Positions 11,162 to 22,442 of a stretch of 39,075 nucleotides of DNA are shown here, one piece after another (position 1 is the stretch's first letter; every line of letters begins with the position of its first letter). The stretch comes from Octopus bimaculoides (Eukaryota). A model generated the notes under the pieces. It saw only the letters and a list, made by a program, of their open reading frames with translations, was not told the DNA's origin and made no database searches. The position numbers were made by a program, and so were the translations under genes. The stretch is taken from the NCBI RefSeq assembly GCF_001194135.2, contig NC_068998.1, positions 18,275,132-18,314,206 on the forward strand, written 5' to 3'.

Positions 11162-11502
11162 NNNNNNNNNNNNNNNNNNNNNNNNNNNNNNNNNNNNNNN
11201 NNNNNNNNNNNNNNNNNNNNNNNNNNNNNNNNNNNNNNNNNNNNNNNNNNNNNNNNNNNNNNNNNNNNNNNNNNNNNNNNNNNNNNNNNNNNNNNNNNNN
11301 NNNNNNNNNNNNNNNNNNNNNNNNNNNNNNNNNNNNNNNNNNNNNNNNNNNNNNNNNNNNNNNNNNNNNNNNNNNNNNNNNNNNNNNNNNNNNNNNNNNN
11401 NNNNNNNNNNNNNNNNNNNNNNNNNNNNNNNNNNNNNNNNNNNNNNNNNNNNNNNNNNNNNNNNNNNNNNNNNNNNNNNNNNNNNNNNNNNNNNNNNNNN
11501 NN

Positions 11503-11503
<1 letters not shown>
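11162..11503. other. Assembly gap (N)
   Basis: Run of N. Confidence 1.

Positions 11504-11552
<49 letters not shown>
11504..11552. repeat. (AG)n microsatellite at the gap edge
   Basis: Direct reading. Confidence 0.95.
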
Positions 11553-11555
<3 letters not shown>

Positions 11556-12064
11556 CCAGTCTAATCACACAGCAAATGTAATCATTTTACAAGAAGAAAA
11601 TATACTAATTACTTCAAGAAAACATTAGTAATAATATAGTCAATAGTAACAATAACAAGTCTGCAAACTTTTTCACTGTTCAGAGGTAATAACATTGATA
11701 TGTTTTACTAATTAATGACCAGTGACTTGAAACTAAAAAGCAGAGAAAGTTTCTTGCCTTCTATCTTTTGCAGGAGCCACTTCAAACGGATAAACCCTTG
11801 ATATGAATCATGTAGTAGAGGAAATTTTGTCAGGTAGGACTTTATGATAAAAGAAAGTGCATTTTTATGTCAATTCCTTATATGAACAACAGAATAATGG
11901 GAAAACACTTGGCTTTTCTCATGCTACCAAAAGAGCAATTGAGGGCAGCTCTGGCCAATGGCATATCCTCCAGTAGTCAAGGAAGAAATTATGGAACTGT
12001 ATAAAGGATAAAGTGAAAAGAAAGGCTGAGCTGGTGCATTACCACCATCTCACAAACTATTTCT

Positions 12065-12182
12065 CAATGCAAGGGGTAGTGCAGCATAAGAATTATGAGA
12101 ACTGGTGTTGATGTAATCAACTACCTCCTTTGCCCCAAAATTTAGGCCTTGCTCTTATAGTACAAAGGATTATTAATATCAA
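12065..12182 (+). mobile_element. SINE family B, 3' fragment
   Basis: GATGTAATCAACT..GGCCTTG..GTACAAAGGATTATT. Confidence 0.5.
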
Positions 12183-12286
12183 TACATAGCTGAGGAAACA
12201 TTACCTTACAACACAACATTACCACATAACAAGTTCTTAAGGCTCATCTGGTATCAAAAATTATAGATTACCAATGAAATACTCAC

Positions 12287-12432
12287 CCAGCATCACGTAG
12301 AATATCTAGGAAAACATGGAATTGCATAAAGGCACTTTCAATGGAATCCAATATATTCTCTTCTTCGAGTAAAGATAACTTTTTCTTCAGCCTCAATACT
12401 TCACTCTGCATGTCATTGTTATCCATACTTAA
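12287..12432 (-). CDS. CEP78: CEP78 exon
   Basis: atttcag|TTA...GG|gtgagt, 146 nt, phase 0 to 2. Encodes LSMDNNDMQSEVLRLKKKLSLLEEENILDSIESAFMQFHVFLDILRDAG (human [23 protein letters not shown]). Confidence 0.93.
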
Positions 12433-12698
12433 CTGAAATACAGCACAGAGCAGATGATAAAATGTAATGAATACTGTGTAAATACATTGTTGTTCTCAAT
12501 TATTATTATTTATCTTGTTTAACACAGCAATTTCGCAGGAGAAAGTAACAAAGTGCCAGCTATCCACAACCAGTTGACTGAGGTAACACTCTTCATTCAG
12601 ACTTTGATAACTCTGTGAAGGATTTGTGCAGTTACAAGATCACCATGTTCTGCAGATGTTCTCTCTTCACGTTTCCCCCTATCTTCTTCTTATTATTA

Positions 12699-12935
12699 TT
12701 AAGGTGGTGAGCGGGCAGAAACAATTGCAAATTGGACAAAATGCTTAGTAGCATTACTTCTGGCTTTTGATGTTTTGAGTTCAAATCTCACTGAGGTCAA
12801 CTTTGCCTTTCATCCTTTCAGTGTTGATAAAATAAATAACAGTTGAACACTAGGGGTCGATGTAATCAACTAATCCACTTCCCTAAAATTGCTGGCCTTG
12901 TGACAAAATTTGAAACCATTATTATTTTTATTATC
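12699..12935 (+). mobile_element. SINE family B
   Basis: AAGGTGGTGAGCGGGCAGAA..CTTTGCCTTTCATCCTTTC..GAAACCATTATT. Confidence 0.8.
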
Positions 12936-12946
12936 AGTTGGTGAAT

Positions 12947-13141
12947 TAAGTGGCGAGCTGGCAGAATCGTTAACACACCAGGTAAAATGCTTACTTGCAT
13001 GTTGTCCATCACTACGCTCGGAGTTCAACTTTACCTTTCATCCTTTCAGGGTCAATGAAAAAAAGAACCAGTCAAGCACTGAGGTCGACTACTCCCACTC
13101 CCCAAATTCCAGGCCTTGTACCTATAGTAGAAAGGATTTTT
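12947..13141 (+). mobile_element. SINE family B, tail variant CCTATAGTAGAAAGG
   Basis: Bounded by AGTTGGTGAAT at 12936-12946 and 13142-13152. Confidence 0.8.
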
Positions 13142-13152
13142 AGTTGGTGAAT

Positions 13153-13373
13153 GAAGGTGTTGAGCTGGTAGAATTGTTAGCATGCTGGGCAAAATGCTTA
13201 ACAGCATTTCATTTATCTTTACGTTCTGAGTTCAAATTCCACTGAGGTTGACTTTACTTTTCATCCTCTCAGGGTTGATAAAATAATTACCAGTTGAGCA
13301 CTAGGGTCACTGTAATTGAGTTACCGCCTTCCCTGAAATTGCTAGCCTTGTGCCAAAGTTTGAAACCATTATT
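13153..13373 (+). mobile_element. SINE family B, tail variant TTTGAAACC
   Basis: Bounded by AGTTGGTGAAT at 13142-13152 and 13374-13384. Confidence 0.85.
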
Positions 13374-13544
13374 AGTTGGTGAATAACAATAAGGGAATGC
13401 CAATACAACTTAGGTAGAATAAATACCACTAGGTATTTTGTCAAATTCATCAATATATTAATTCAGTCATAACTGGTTCCAAGCTCATTTGAGAAAGGAA
13501 GAGAGTAGTAGGTATGGGGTTAGCAGTTCTACACTATTAATTTT

Positions 13545-13770
13545 CTACATTGCTACTCAAGCAAGAAAGCCTGTGAAACTAGCCCTGGTGAGAGGAGGTA
13601 GTTCTCAGAAACTGCATATGAAGCAATGTAGTGAAAGCTGAAAGGAAGAAGCAGCAGTAAGCAGCTACACCTGGGAGCAACTGCAGTCCTTTGCCAAAGT
13701 CTGAGACAGGTGGAGATCCCTTGGTGGTGCTCTACACTTCATATGAAGTCAAAGGAACAAAGGAGAACCA
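13545..13770 (+). mobile_element. RTE-like LINE C-terminal ORF relic
   Basis: YTWEQLQSFAKV*DRWRSLGGAL resembles the TWxxLxxxAQDRxxWRxLVxAL RTE end. Confidence 0.55.
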
Positions 13771-13829
13771 ATATATATTGGTTTTCTCAATGATATGAAC
13801 ATCATTCAGCAATATACACTGAGGAAAGT

Positions 13830-14014
13830 TGTACACATTCACGCACATACACAATTTGGCAGAGAGTGACCATCTAGCAAATTTCACTCAAAAGGCATTG
13901 GTCAACTCAAGTCTGTAATAAAGGACATTTCTCCAAGGTGCTGAACAGTGAGATTGAACCTGGAACCATGTGATTTTGAAATGAACTTCTTCACTACATA
14001 GTCATGCTAGCACC
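13830..14014 (-). mobile_element. SINE family A, decayed 5' part
   Basis: CCAAGGTGCT..ATTGAACCTGGAACCATGTG. Confidence 0.6.
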
Positions 14015-14218
14015 AGTTACATAACTAACCCCCTCCTGCTCTCTTTCATAGATAACTATACTCCAATCAGATTTTGTTTATTTTCTATTATCAATAACAG
14101 CAGTTTATAGCCTGGCTACCAAAACCATAATGTAGTTCTAGTCAAGATATTGCATAGCCATAGTAAATTGAATTATATACAGAAGTGTTGTGATATTTGA
14201 ATCAAAAACAGTGTTTAC

Positions 14219-14296
14219 CTTATAGACATTTTTATCTGATTCCAGACGAGCAATACGTTCTTCTTCTAATTCCCTTTTCACATGCACAAGTTCAAC
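14219..14296 (-). CDS. CEP78: CEP78 exon, coiled coil
   Basis: cccatcag|GTT...AAG|gtaaac, 78 nt, phase 0 to 0. Encodes VELVHVKRELEEERIARLESDKNVYK (human [20 protein letters not shown]). Confidence 0.9.
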
Positions 14297-14628
14297 CTGA
14301 TGGGAAAGGACAGGAAAAAGAATTTCGAGCATTAATTTGATTCATGCAGTAATTAAATCGTTTAACAGCAGCAACAATAACAAATATATCCAAAATAATG
14401 ATACAGCTACAGTATGTTAGAACACGATAAAGAAATTAGGACGAAACATTGTGATATTAACACAAACAATGAAGACAAACAAAAGAAGGGAAAAAAATGA
14501 AGGTAGTATTAGAAACTTTTTCATGTTTTCAATAAAAGGTCATTCATAAAGAAGCTGAGAAACTAAGCTTATGGGTCTCAAACATGAAAATAAGCAAAGT
14601 AAGACTGCACAAATGATACCAATAATCA

Positions 14629-15028
14629 GTTGTTGTTGTTGTTGTTGTTGTTGGCACTCCGTCGCTTGCGACGTCGAGGGTTCCAGTTGATCCAATCAAC
14701 GGAACAGCCTGCTCGTGAAATTAACGTGCAAGTGGCTGAGCACTCCACAGACACGTGTACCCTTAACGTAGTTCTCGGGGATATTCAGCGTGACACAGAG
14801 TGTGACAAGGCTGACCCTTTGAATTACAGGCACAACGGAAACAGGAAGTAAGAGTGAGAGAAAGTTGTGGTGAAAGAGTACAGTAGGGTTTGCCACCCCT
14901 GCTGGAGCCTCGTGGAGCTTTAGGTGCTTTTCGCTCAATAAACACTCACAACGCCCGGTCTGGGAATCGAAACCGCGATCCTATGATCGCGAGTCCGCTG
15001 CCCTAACCACTGGGCCATTGCACCTCCA
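14629..15028 (-). mobile_element. SINE family D (tRNA-derived head, ~380 bp, (CAA)n tail)
   Basis: Sense head TGGAGGTGCAATGGCCCAGTGGTTAGGGCAGCGG..GGTTTCGATTCCC; tail GAGTGCC(AAC)n. Confidence 0.9.
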
Positions 15029-15129
15029 TGCTTAGTATAAAGAAAGAACACAAAAAATATTCCACAGAGGGAAAAGTATGGTGAGCAGTGGCAACTTCTA
15101 GTGACTTTTCTCCTTTTATCGTTTTAAAC

Positions 15130-15410
15130 AGTGGTTGTGTGGATAAGAAACTGTGTGGTTTCAGATTTAGTTCTGCTGTGCAACATTTTGGGTAAGTGTC
15201 TTTTACTATATCCCAAGGCTGACCGATGCCTTCTGAGTGAATTTACTAGGTAGAAACTGTGTGGAAGCCCATTCCACCATACATATATATGCACATGCAT
15301 GCGAACATGTGTGTGCATTTGTGCATGCATGCAAGTGTGTGTATTGATGCGAGTGTGTATGCCTTTGTCTCAGTGTTTGCTCCCCCCACCCGACAACTAG
15401 TGTTGGTTTG
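15130..15410 (+). mobile_element. SINE family A, decayed and partial
   Basis: TTGGGTAAGTGTCTTTTACTATA..GACAACTAGTGTTGG. Confidence 0.6.
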
Positions 15411-15483
15411 TAATTATTTGGACTGAAAAATTCTTGTCACATCGCTTCATTATAACATGTGTTAACGTTAGTTTATGGAGCCC

Positions 15484-15705
15484 TAAAGGTGACAAGTTGG
15501 CAGAATCATTAGCATGCCAAGCAAAATGCTTAGTGGCATTTCGTCCATCCATATGTTCCAAGTTCAAATTCCGCCAAGGTTATCTTTGCCTTTCATCTTT
15601 CCAGGATCAATAAATTAAGTATCAGTTGAACATTGAGGTCAATGTCATCGACTTACCCCTTCTCCTGAAATTGCTGGCACGGTGTCAAAATTTGAAACCA
15701 TTATG
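15484..15705 (+). mobile_element. SINE family B
   Basis: Collinear with the other B copies. Confidence 0.8.
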
Positions 15706-15830
15706 TTATGGAGTCCTTGTATAAAGAACTAATATGTACATCACCATACCCAGAAATGGAACTGGAGAGATAGAAAAAGACATTGAAAATCAAAACATCA
15801 TATGTTAACATTAAACACGTGGAATCTTAC

Positions 15831-16047
15831 CTGAAGTTTTTTGTACTCATTTTCAATGGAAGAGAAATAAGTGTTTTCTTGACAGTTTTGGGCTGCGAGA
15901 TGATTGGTTTTAGTCGGGTGATTTTCTTTGTCTGTCGTATCAGAAACAAACTTTGTCCATGCCATCTCTTTCTTTGGTGCAGAATCAACTATTATTTCCA
16001 TATTTCCATCAGAATCATACTGCTCCTCATGGTTGGTGAAGCAACCC
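15831..16047 (-). CDS. CEP78: CEP78 exon
   Basis: ttgctaag|G...CAG|gtaaga, 217 nt, phase 2 to 0. Encodes GCFTNHEEQYDSDGNMEIIVDS...SSIENEYKKLQ; lies within ORF 15798-16064. Confidence 0.82.
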
Positions 16048-16762
16048 CTTAGCAAACGAAACAATAATTTCAGTGACTTCCAAACTATTTCATTAAGTAC
16101 TCAAAATGTTTTTTTTTTTATCCCACCAATTTGGAAACATCTAGAAGTACATGCCTACACTGGTTTCTACTCCTTGAAGCTGGCTGGTATCATAAAAGCT
16201 TCATTCAGCAGCCCTGACTCACTTGATTCTCCTCTTCCTATCACCCATATTGTGTTTACCCTTCAGGGTTCACACCATCTACTATGTTCACAGTTTTTTT
16301 CCCCCCCAGAAAGTCAGCTCTCTGAAATTCCCTTTCTGTCCATACTATATCAGCAGCTATTAACTTTCAAATATTCAAGAGAACCATTAACCTTGTCACT
16401 TTTACAGGACTTGCAAATAGCAATGGACACAGCCCTTTGCTCTAGAATAAAGCAATAAAAACAAGAGGTGGTTTAGCCCCAGGTCAGTTTTTGATTAACC
16501 AGACCTATGATCAAAGATGTTCCAGCCATGGTCAATCCATATTTGTTTTCTTTTTTTTTGTCTTTAGACTATGTATCCAGAACTACAACATGCAGCAGTT
16601 CTTCCTTTTTTAAAATGGTAGAGTATGATCCAAAGCAAACTTAGCTATTTATAGCAGTTTGAGTTATCATGCAGTGGTGCAGGGGTTTCAACAGGAAGCT
16701 GACACTAATGGTAAGAGTTTAAAGAAAGACTATACTGCAAGTAATATAATCCAGGCAGAGAT

Positions 16763-16975
16763 AAGGCAGCAATCTGGCAGAATCGTTAGCACACCAGGCA
16801 AACTGCTTAGTGTTGTCCATCTTTATGTTCTTAGTTCAAATTCCACCAAAGTCAACTTTGCCTTACAGCCTTTCAGGATCAATAAAATAAGTACCAGTTG
16901 TAAACTGTGGCCAATGTAATTGACTTAACCCACCCATAAAATTACTGGCCTTGTGCTAAAATTTGAAGCCAGTAT
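16763..16975 (+). mobile_element. SINE family B
   Basis: Collinear with the other B copies. Confidence 0.8.
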
Positions 16976-17034
16976 AACCTAGGCAGAGTACACACTAGAT
17001 GTGACACTGTATATGCAGTATCTACATTGAAGGT

Positions 17035-17411
17035 GTGGAGGCGCAATGGCCCAGTGGTTAGGGCAGCGGTCATAGGATCGCGGTTTCGATTCCCAGACCA
17101 GGTGTTGTGAGTGTTTATTGAGCGAAAACACCTAAAGCTCCACGAGGCTCCGGCAGGGGATGGTGGTGAACCCTGCTGTACTCTTTCACCATAACTTTCT
17201 CTCACTCTTACTTCCTGTTTCTGTTGTGCCTGTATTTCAAAGGGTCAGCCTTGTCAGACTGTGTCACGCTGAATATCCCTGAGAACTACGTTAAGGGTAC
17301 ACGTGTCTGTGGAGCTTTCAGCCACTTGCACGTTAATTTCACGAGCAGGCTGTTCCGTTGATCGGATCAACTGGAACCCTCGACGTCGTAAGCGACAGAG
17401 TGCCAACAACA
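17035..17411 (+). mobile_element. SINE family D; part of a larger TSD-bounded unit extending to 17571
   Basis: 43-nt exact inverted match of 17318-17360 with 14697-14739. Confidence 0.9.
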
Positions 17412-17769
17412 ATATTAATGGTATTTATTTGAAATGTGCTGCAAAGAAAAGTGAGACCCGGTGCTTTTGCACTTGGAACATATACTGGCGAATTTAAAAT
17501 ACAAGTCATCTACTTTTGTGTGTTACTGCTCTTGTTTTCACCTCGACGTCGTAAGCAATGGAGTGCCAACAACATTGAAGGTAACATTGTCTATGCAATG
17601 TTTTCATTGAATGTTGCATTGGTCTATGCCCTGCCTATATTGCAGGAAACCTCTCTGCAGAGCCTTCACTGAAAGTGATACTGTCCCTGGAATATCTATA
17701 CTGAAGGGGATAGTTTCCATGTACTGTCTACACAGATGGTGACATTATCTATGGATGCTGTAAGACAGC

Positions 17770-17935
17770 AAACTGGCAGGGTTGTTAGCATGCTGATAAA
17801 ATGCTTAACAGTATTTCTTCCAACTTTATGTTCTGAGTTCAAATGCTACCAAGGTTCACTTGATCTTTCCTCATCAAGTCCCAATGTCATGCTGGAGATT
17901 ATAATAGTTATCAACAATACGCAGGTTCAACTCAG
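17770..17935 (+). mobile_element. SINE family B, decayed
   Basis: CTGGCAGGGTTGTTAGCATG..TTCTGAGTTCAAAT. Confidence 0.6.
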
Positions 17936-18014
17936 TTGTTTAGACATATTATTTCTAAGTCAAAATAAATCAATAATAATAATAAGAAGAATGATGATGA
18001 TGACAGTTACTCAC

Positions 18015-18145
18015 CGCTGTTTGGTTGCTCTCATGGCTGTCCGCCAAGGCATACCACGGTTTGGCTTTGGAATAACAGTTGATGCTATTTGGTGTGGATT
18101 AAGATTGCTATGTACAGAATCTAAGTGATAACACATCCCATTAAT
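18015..18145 (-). CDS. CEP78: CEP78 exon with the conserved PWRTA motif
   Basis: tttgtag|ATT...CG|gtgagt, 131 nt, phase 0 to 2. Encodes INGMCYHLDSVHSNLNPHQIASTVIPKPNRGMPWRTAMRATKQR (human LPWRTAERAKRHR). Confidence 0.9.
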
Positions 18146-18524
18146 CTACAAACAGAAACAATAGCATGTAAGTCTTAATATTCCAATAATCCAATAGTAT
18201 AAATGATGCAATGGTTAGATTTTTGGTATGATTAGCTTGACTTTTCACTGGTCTGATGTCAATGAAATAAATTCTATTAATATAGACACTTTTAATCAGT
18301 GTCAAACTCATCATACAGTAGTGGGGCCCTGGTTAAGGACTGCCAGCACTTTGACAAGCGTGGAACCACCTTTTAGCCACTACTGTTCCCATGTCTACTT
18401 TGATCTGAAGTAATAGCAGTTGTCAGGGTCTCAACCATAGGTTAATTAGCATGTCACAGAATTGTTTCTAGAAGAAGGTCACATAACAACCCCTAAAGTT
18501 CTGGTGTTACGTAAAACGTACTCA

Positions 18525-18685
18525 ATATACACTATGTAAAGTGGTTGATATTAGGAAGGGCATCTGGCCATAGAAACCAAACCAAAAGTGAGACGTGACC
18601 CTCTGACCCACCAAAGAGAGCATAAATCACCCATTCAACACATGACAGCATAGAAAGCAGGTATAAAACGATGATGATGATGATA
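18525..18685 (+). mobile_element. Family C, decayed
   Basis: GTGGTTGATATTAGGAAGGGCATC..(GAT)n. Confidence 0.65.
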
Positions 18686-18732
18686 TATTGAGGAAATACC
18701 CAAGAGGAGAAAACTAAAGGATCATCTCTTAC

Positions 18733-18840
18733 CTTGATATTAGTTTTTTTACAGTGAGATGTATTTAAAACCCTTGCAGATTTTTTCTTCTTTCGTGGTT
18801 TACTTTCTAGATTAGGACGGTCTAAACTGATCCATTCGTA
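18733..18840 (-). CDS. CEP78: CEP78 exon
   Basis: ttgttag|TAC...AAG|gtaaga, 108 nt, phase 0 to 0. Encodes YEWISLDRPNLESKPRKKKKSARVLNTSHCKKTNIK (human YQWI...TIRIG). Confidence 0.88.
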
Positions 18841-19247
18841 CTAACAAATCAGAAACAAAAAAAATGTGTGAAAAAAATTTAAGAAGTAATAACAATTAAA
18901 CTGATAGATAGGCAGGTTCAGATACGTCCAGTCATCTATATTATAATGGCGAAAGCTGCTTATTCATTAGGTATGTGACAATTACTAAAAGAAAGCAATT
19001 ATTAAAGGTTTGACCATCTGGAAATTTTTTTTATAAATTCATGTTCTAAGAAATTTCCTGTAATTTCGATTTGTGAAGTTTATTGAATATTTGAACTTCA
19101 GTTTTCTTCACAAATTTAAATATTCATTGCATTCACTGCAGAGTAGATTTAATAAATAAAAATTAATTTGTTGCTGACAAAATATTCCGTTTTCATTGGC
19201 AACAGTCTCTCACTCACTTTCGCCTCTATTTTCATTAACGATAATTT

Positions 19248-19302
19248 NNNNNNNNNNNNNNNNNNNNNNNNNNNNNNNNNNNNNNNNNNNNNNNNNNNNN
19301 NN
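19248..19302. other. Assembly gap (N)
   Basis: Run of N. Confidence 1.
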
Positions 19303-19414
19303 TTTCATTTCAAGTTTTCATTTGCTATTTGCAAAACCCATGTAAAAAAAAAAAATTGCTATTAGACAAAATATAACTTTCAGGCTTATTTTTGATAGAA
19401 TAAAATTTTTTTAA

Positions 19415-19579
19415 GGAGTGGCTGTGTGGTAAGTAGCTTGCTTACAAACCACATGGTTCCGGGTTCAGTCCCACTGCGTAGCATCTTGGGCAAGCGTCTT
19501 CTACTATAGCCTCGGGCCGACCAAAGCCTTGTGAGTGGATTTGGTAGATGGAAACTGAAAGAAGCCCGTCGTATATATG

Positions 19580-19610
<31 letters not shown>

Positions 19611-19813
19611 GTTTATGTGACTGTGTTTGTCCCCCCAACATCACTTGACAACCGATGATGGTGTGTCTACGTCCCCGTTACTTAGAAGGTCGACAAAAGA
19701 GACCGATAGAATAAGTACTAGACTTACAAAGAATAAGTTTTGGGGTCGATTTGCTTGACTAAAGGCGGTGCTCCAGCATGGCCACAGTCAAATGACTGAA
19801 ACGAGTAAAAGAG
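19415..19813 (+). mobile_element. SINE family A, well-preserved full copy
   Basis: GGAGTGGCTGTGTGGTAAG..CCGGGTTCAGTCCC (A/B-box-like), CTTGGGCAAGCGTCTT (CORE-like), (TA)(TG) tract, tail GACTGAAACGAGTAAAAGAG. Confidence 0.9.
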
Positions 19814-20524
19814 TATACTGGTATAATTTGAAAAGAAAAATTAAGAAGTGATGGCTGTTTGGAACTCTATAAGAAGGTATGGCTGTTTGGTACACTATAA
19901 GCCTTACAATAATAACCACGTGATCACTGCTATTTCTAGCATGCTAAACATAAATTACTGAAAGAAATATTTACTAAGAAAGTGAGTTTTTTTTTTATAA
20001 ATTGAAGTTTTCAGGAAAATTTACTTTCTGAACTTCCTTTTATTATTGAATATTTCAAGTTCACAAATTTAAATATTTGGTACAAGATAGTTTTTAGCAA
20101 ACTTTTATTTATACGATTTTTTTTCATTTCATGTTTATTTCATTCAATGTTTACAATGTTCTCTCTCCCCCCTCTCCCTCACACACGCACACTGTCTTTG
20201 TAATATAAACACACACACATTCCACGTTTGACTAGCAGAAAACCACCCAGAGGGCAGTCTTTCTGCTAGTATTAATTAATGCCTTTTTGATTTTAAAGCA
20301 CTCTTGATACATAAAACATCAAAAATACTTTTTTCTTTAATATCCTGAAATTAGATAACTTAGTGCCTGAAGTAAAAAAGAAGCAGAAATGAAAGTCTAT
20401 TTATCCAACAAACGTAAGAGAAAATCATTCACAAAAGAGGTTGCCTGCCATGTTAACTACAAAAGAATTCTCACCAATTTCTTTAGCATGAAATTCTCTT
20501 TCTGTAGATATATTCAACACTAGA

Positions 20525-20922
20525 TGCGGGCATGGGAGTGTGGTAAGAAGTTTGCTTCCCAACCACATGGTTCCTAGTTCAATCCCACTGCATGGCACCT
20601 TGGGAAAATGTCTTCTACAATAGCTTCAGGCTGACCGGAGCTGTGAGAGTGGATTTGGAAGACAGAAACTGAAAGAAGCCTGTTGTCGATACATGTGTGG
20701 GGGGAGGTGTCTTTGTGTCTGTCTACCCCATCCCACCGCCCCACCACTTGATAACCAGTGTTGGTGTGTTTACATCCCCTTAATTTAGCAGTTTGGCAAA
20801 AGACACCAATAGAATAAGTACCAGGCTTTAAAAAAATAACTATTGGTGTCTATTCATTCAACTAAAATTCTTCAAGGTGGTGCTACAATATGGCTGCAGT
20901 CTAATGACTGAAACAAGTAAAA
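20525..20922 (+). mobile_element. SINE family A
   Basis: Collinear with the 19415 copy. Confidence 0.8.
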
Positions 20923-21478
20923 AATAATAAACGCAGTTAACCATCAAGAAGAGAACATTCAGAAATAATTGATAAACTAAATTCTCTCAGATATCCTCAT
21001 AATCCAAGCTTCAGGTTCAGTTCATATTAAGATCTGTGAGTAGGACTCAAGTTCATTTTTAACTCCATAAAGCACAAGTAAAATATACAACCAATTATAA
21101 TACCTATCTCAATTTTAGGGCCTAAATTGTTTTAAGAAACCTTACAATTACTTGTATAACATGCAATGTTAACATAACTACTACATAAAGAGATAATCTA
21201 AAATAATCCTAATATGTTAGTTTTTATATTACATTTTGTATAAACTATGTTATTATATAATTAAAAAATCTAGAACATAAGACTGTATTATATTATTGTT
21301 TTTACTTAATAAAAATAGGTAAGAAAATCCTTTTAATCATGAATTTGGTGGGAAAAAATGTGTATTATACATAGAGTACGACAGTAATTTTAATCAACTT
21401 ATTTTAAAATTTTATGTTGTTTGTTTTCTTTGTATATGAAACAATATAAATTAATTTCAGATGAAGCTTAAAAACAAG

Positions 21479-21510
<32 letters not shown>
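21479..21510. repeat. Poly(A) run, 32 nt
   Basis: Direct reading. Confidence 0.95.
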
Positions 21511-21512
<2 letters not shown>

Positions 21513-22442
21513 GAAACGATCCCAACAAAAACAGCCAATAATCTACAAAATGGTAGAAATTGATAAAGATTAGCAAATGCTGAATTACAACAAAAAAAAA
21601 AGGAAAAGAAAAGAAAGAAGAGAGTTTATTAGTTTAAGAACTAAAATATTCCAGACATCAGAAGAAACAAAAAAAAAAAAATAGTAATAACTTGACATTA
21701 TGTAAAAGATGTTTTAAAACAACCTATAAGGTCACATGATTAAAAGGAGGCTTCTATACTCATCAAAGATAATATAAAAACATGTATTTCACAAACTGCA
21801 GTTCAAACATTAAGTTATTTACGGTTATTAAGTAATTCCTCACTCAAGTTGAACCTAGAAGCTGAAACTTAGTTCTCCTAGATTATTACTTCACCATTTA
21901 TTTGTATGATAATTCAACAGGCAGTCAACCATCCTATATCAAGCAAAGAACAGATGTAAAAACTACTGGAAATGACAAATGGTTATGGTAATAGTGATGC
22001 TGATGCTTTCCACATAAATGTACTGTGTACATCAAATGAAATTGCCTTTAAGGATTTTTCCCTAAACTCTGAAAGGTCAAAATTCAATCAAGACTGCAAC
22101 TATGAAACTTGCATCATAGCAAAAGTTTTGGAAAAACAAAGATTGACATTTTCTACAGAAACATGGAAAGAAGAAGCACAAGTCATCAACTATGAAATAT
22201 AAGTAACTCTGAAGTACATGAGTTCTTGTCATGTTTACTACAAATGCAAGGAAGAAACAAACCATTTTTTTTTTTATGCTATGAGGCATGGTAATTAGCA
22301 GGTAGAGGGAATTAACAGAGGCTATTTCCAACCAACCCCAAACCCATTAATTAATACTGATGGGTGATGATGATGATTTCTTTTATTTGCCATAGGGGCA
22401 TTTATTGAATGAAATATTACAAGGACAGTTCAGATTTTGTGT

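Noticed and set aside
11113-11581. 150-aa ORFs on both strands
   Set aside because: They consist of an N gap plus an (AG)n microsatellite.
11770-12050. Purine-rich stretch that might be a decayed HERO/R2-like LINE ORF
   Set aside because: Only vague peptide resemblance, with several stops and no diagnostic motif.
14630-14945. ORFs with EQPAREINVQVAEHS (also 17303-17497, 22405-22608)
   Set aside because: They are translations of SINE D copies, not genes.
15928-16458. 176-aa plus-strand ORF
   Set aside because: It overlaps a CEP78 exon in antisense, has no recognisable domain and no splice support.
21340-21386. TATTATACATAGAGTACGACAGTA, resembling a pogo/Tigger-type MITE end
   Set aside because: No matching opposite TIR found.
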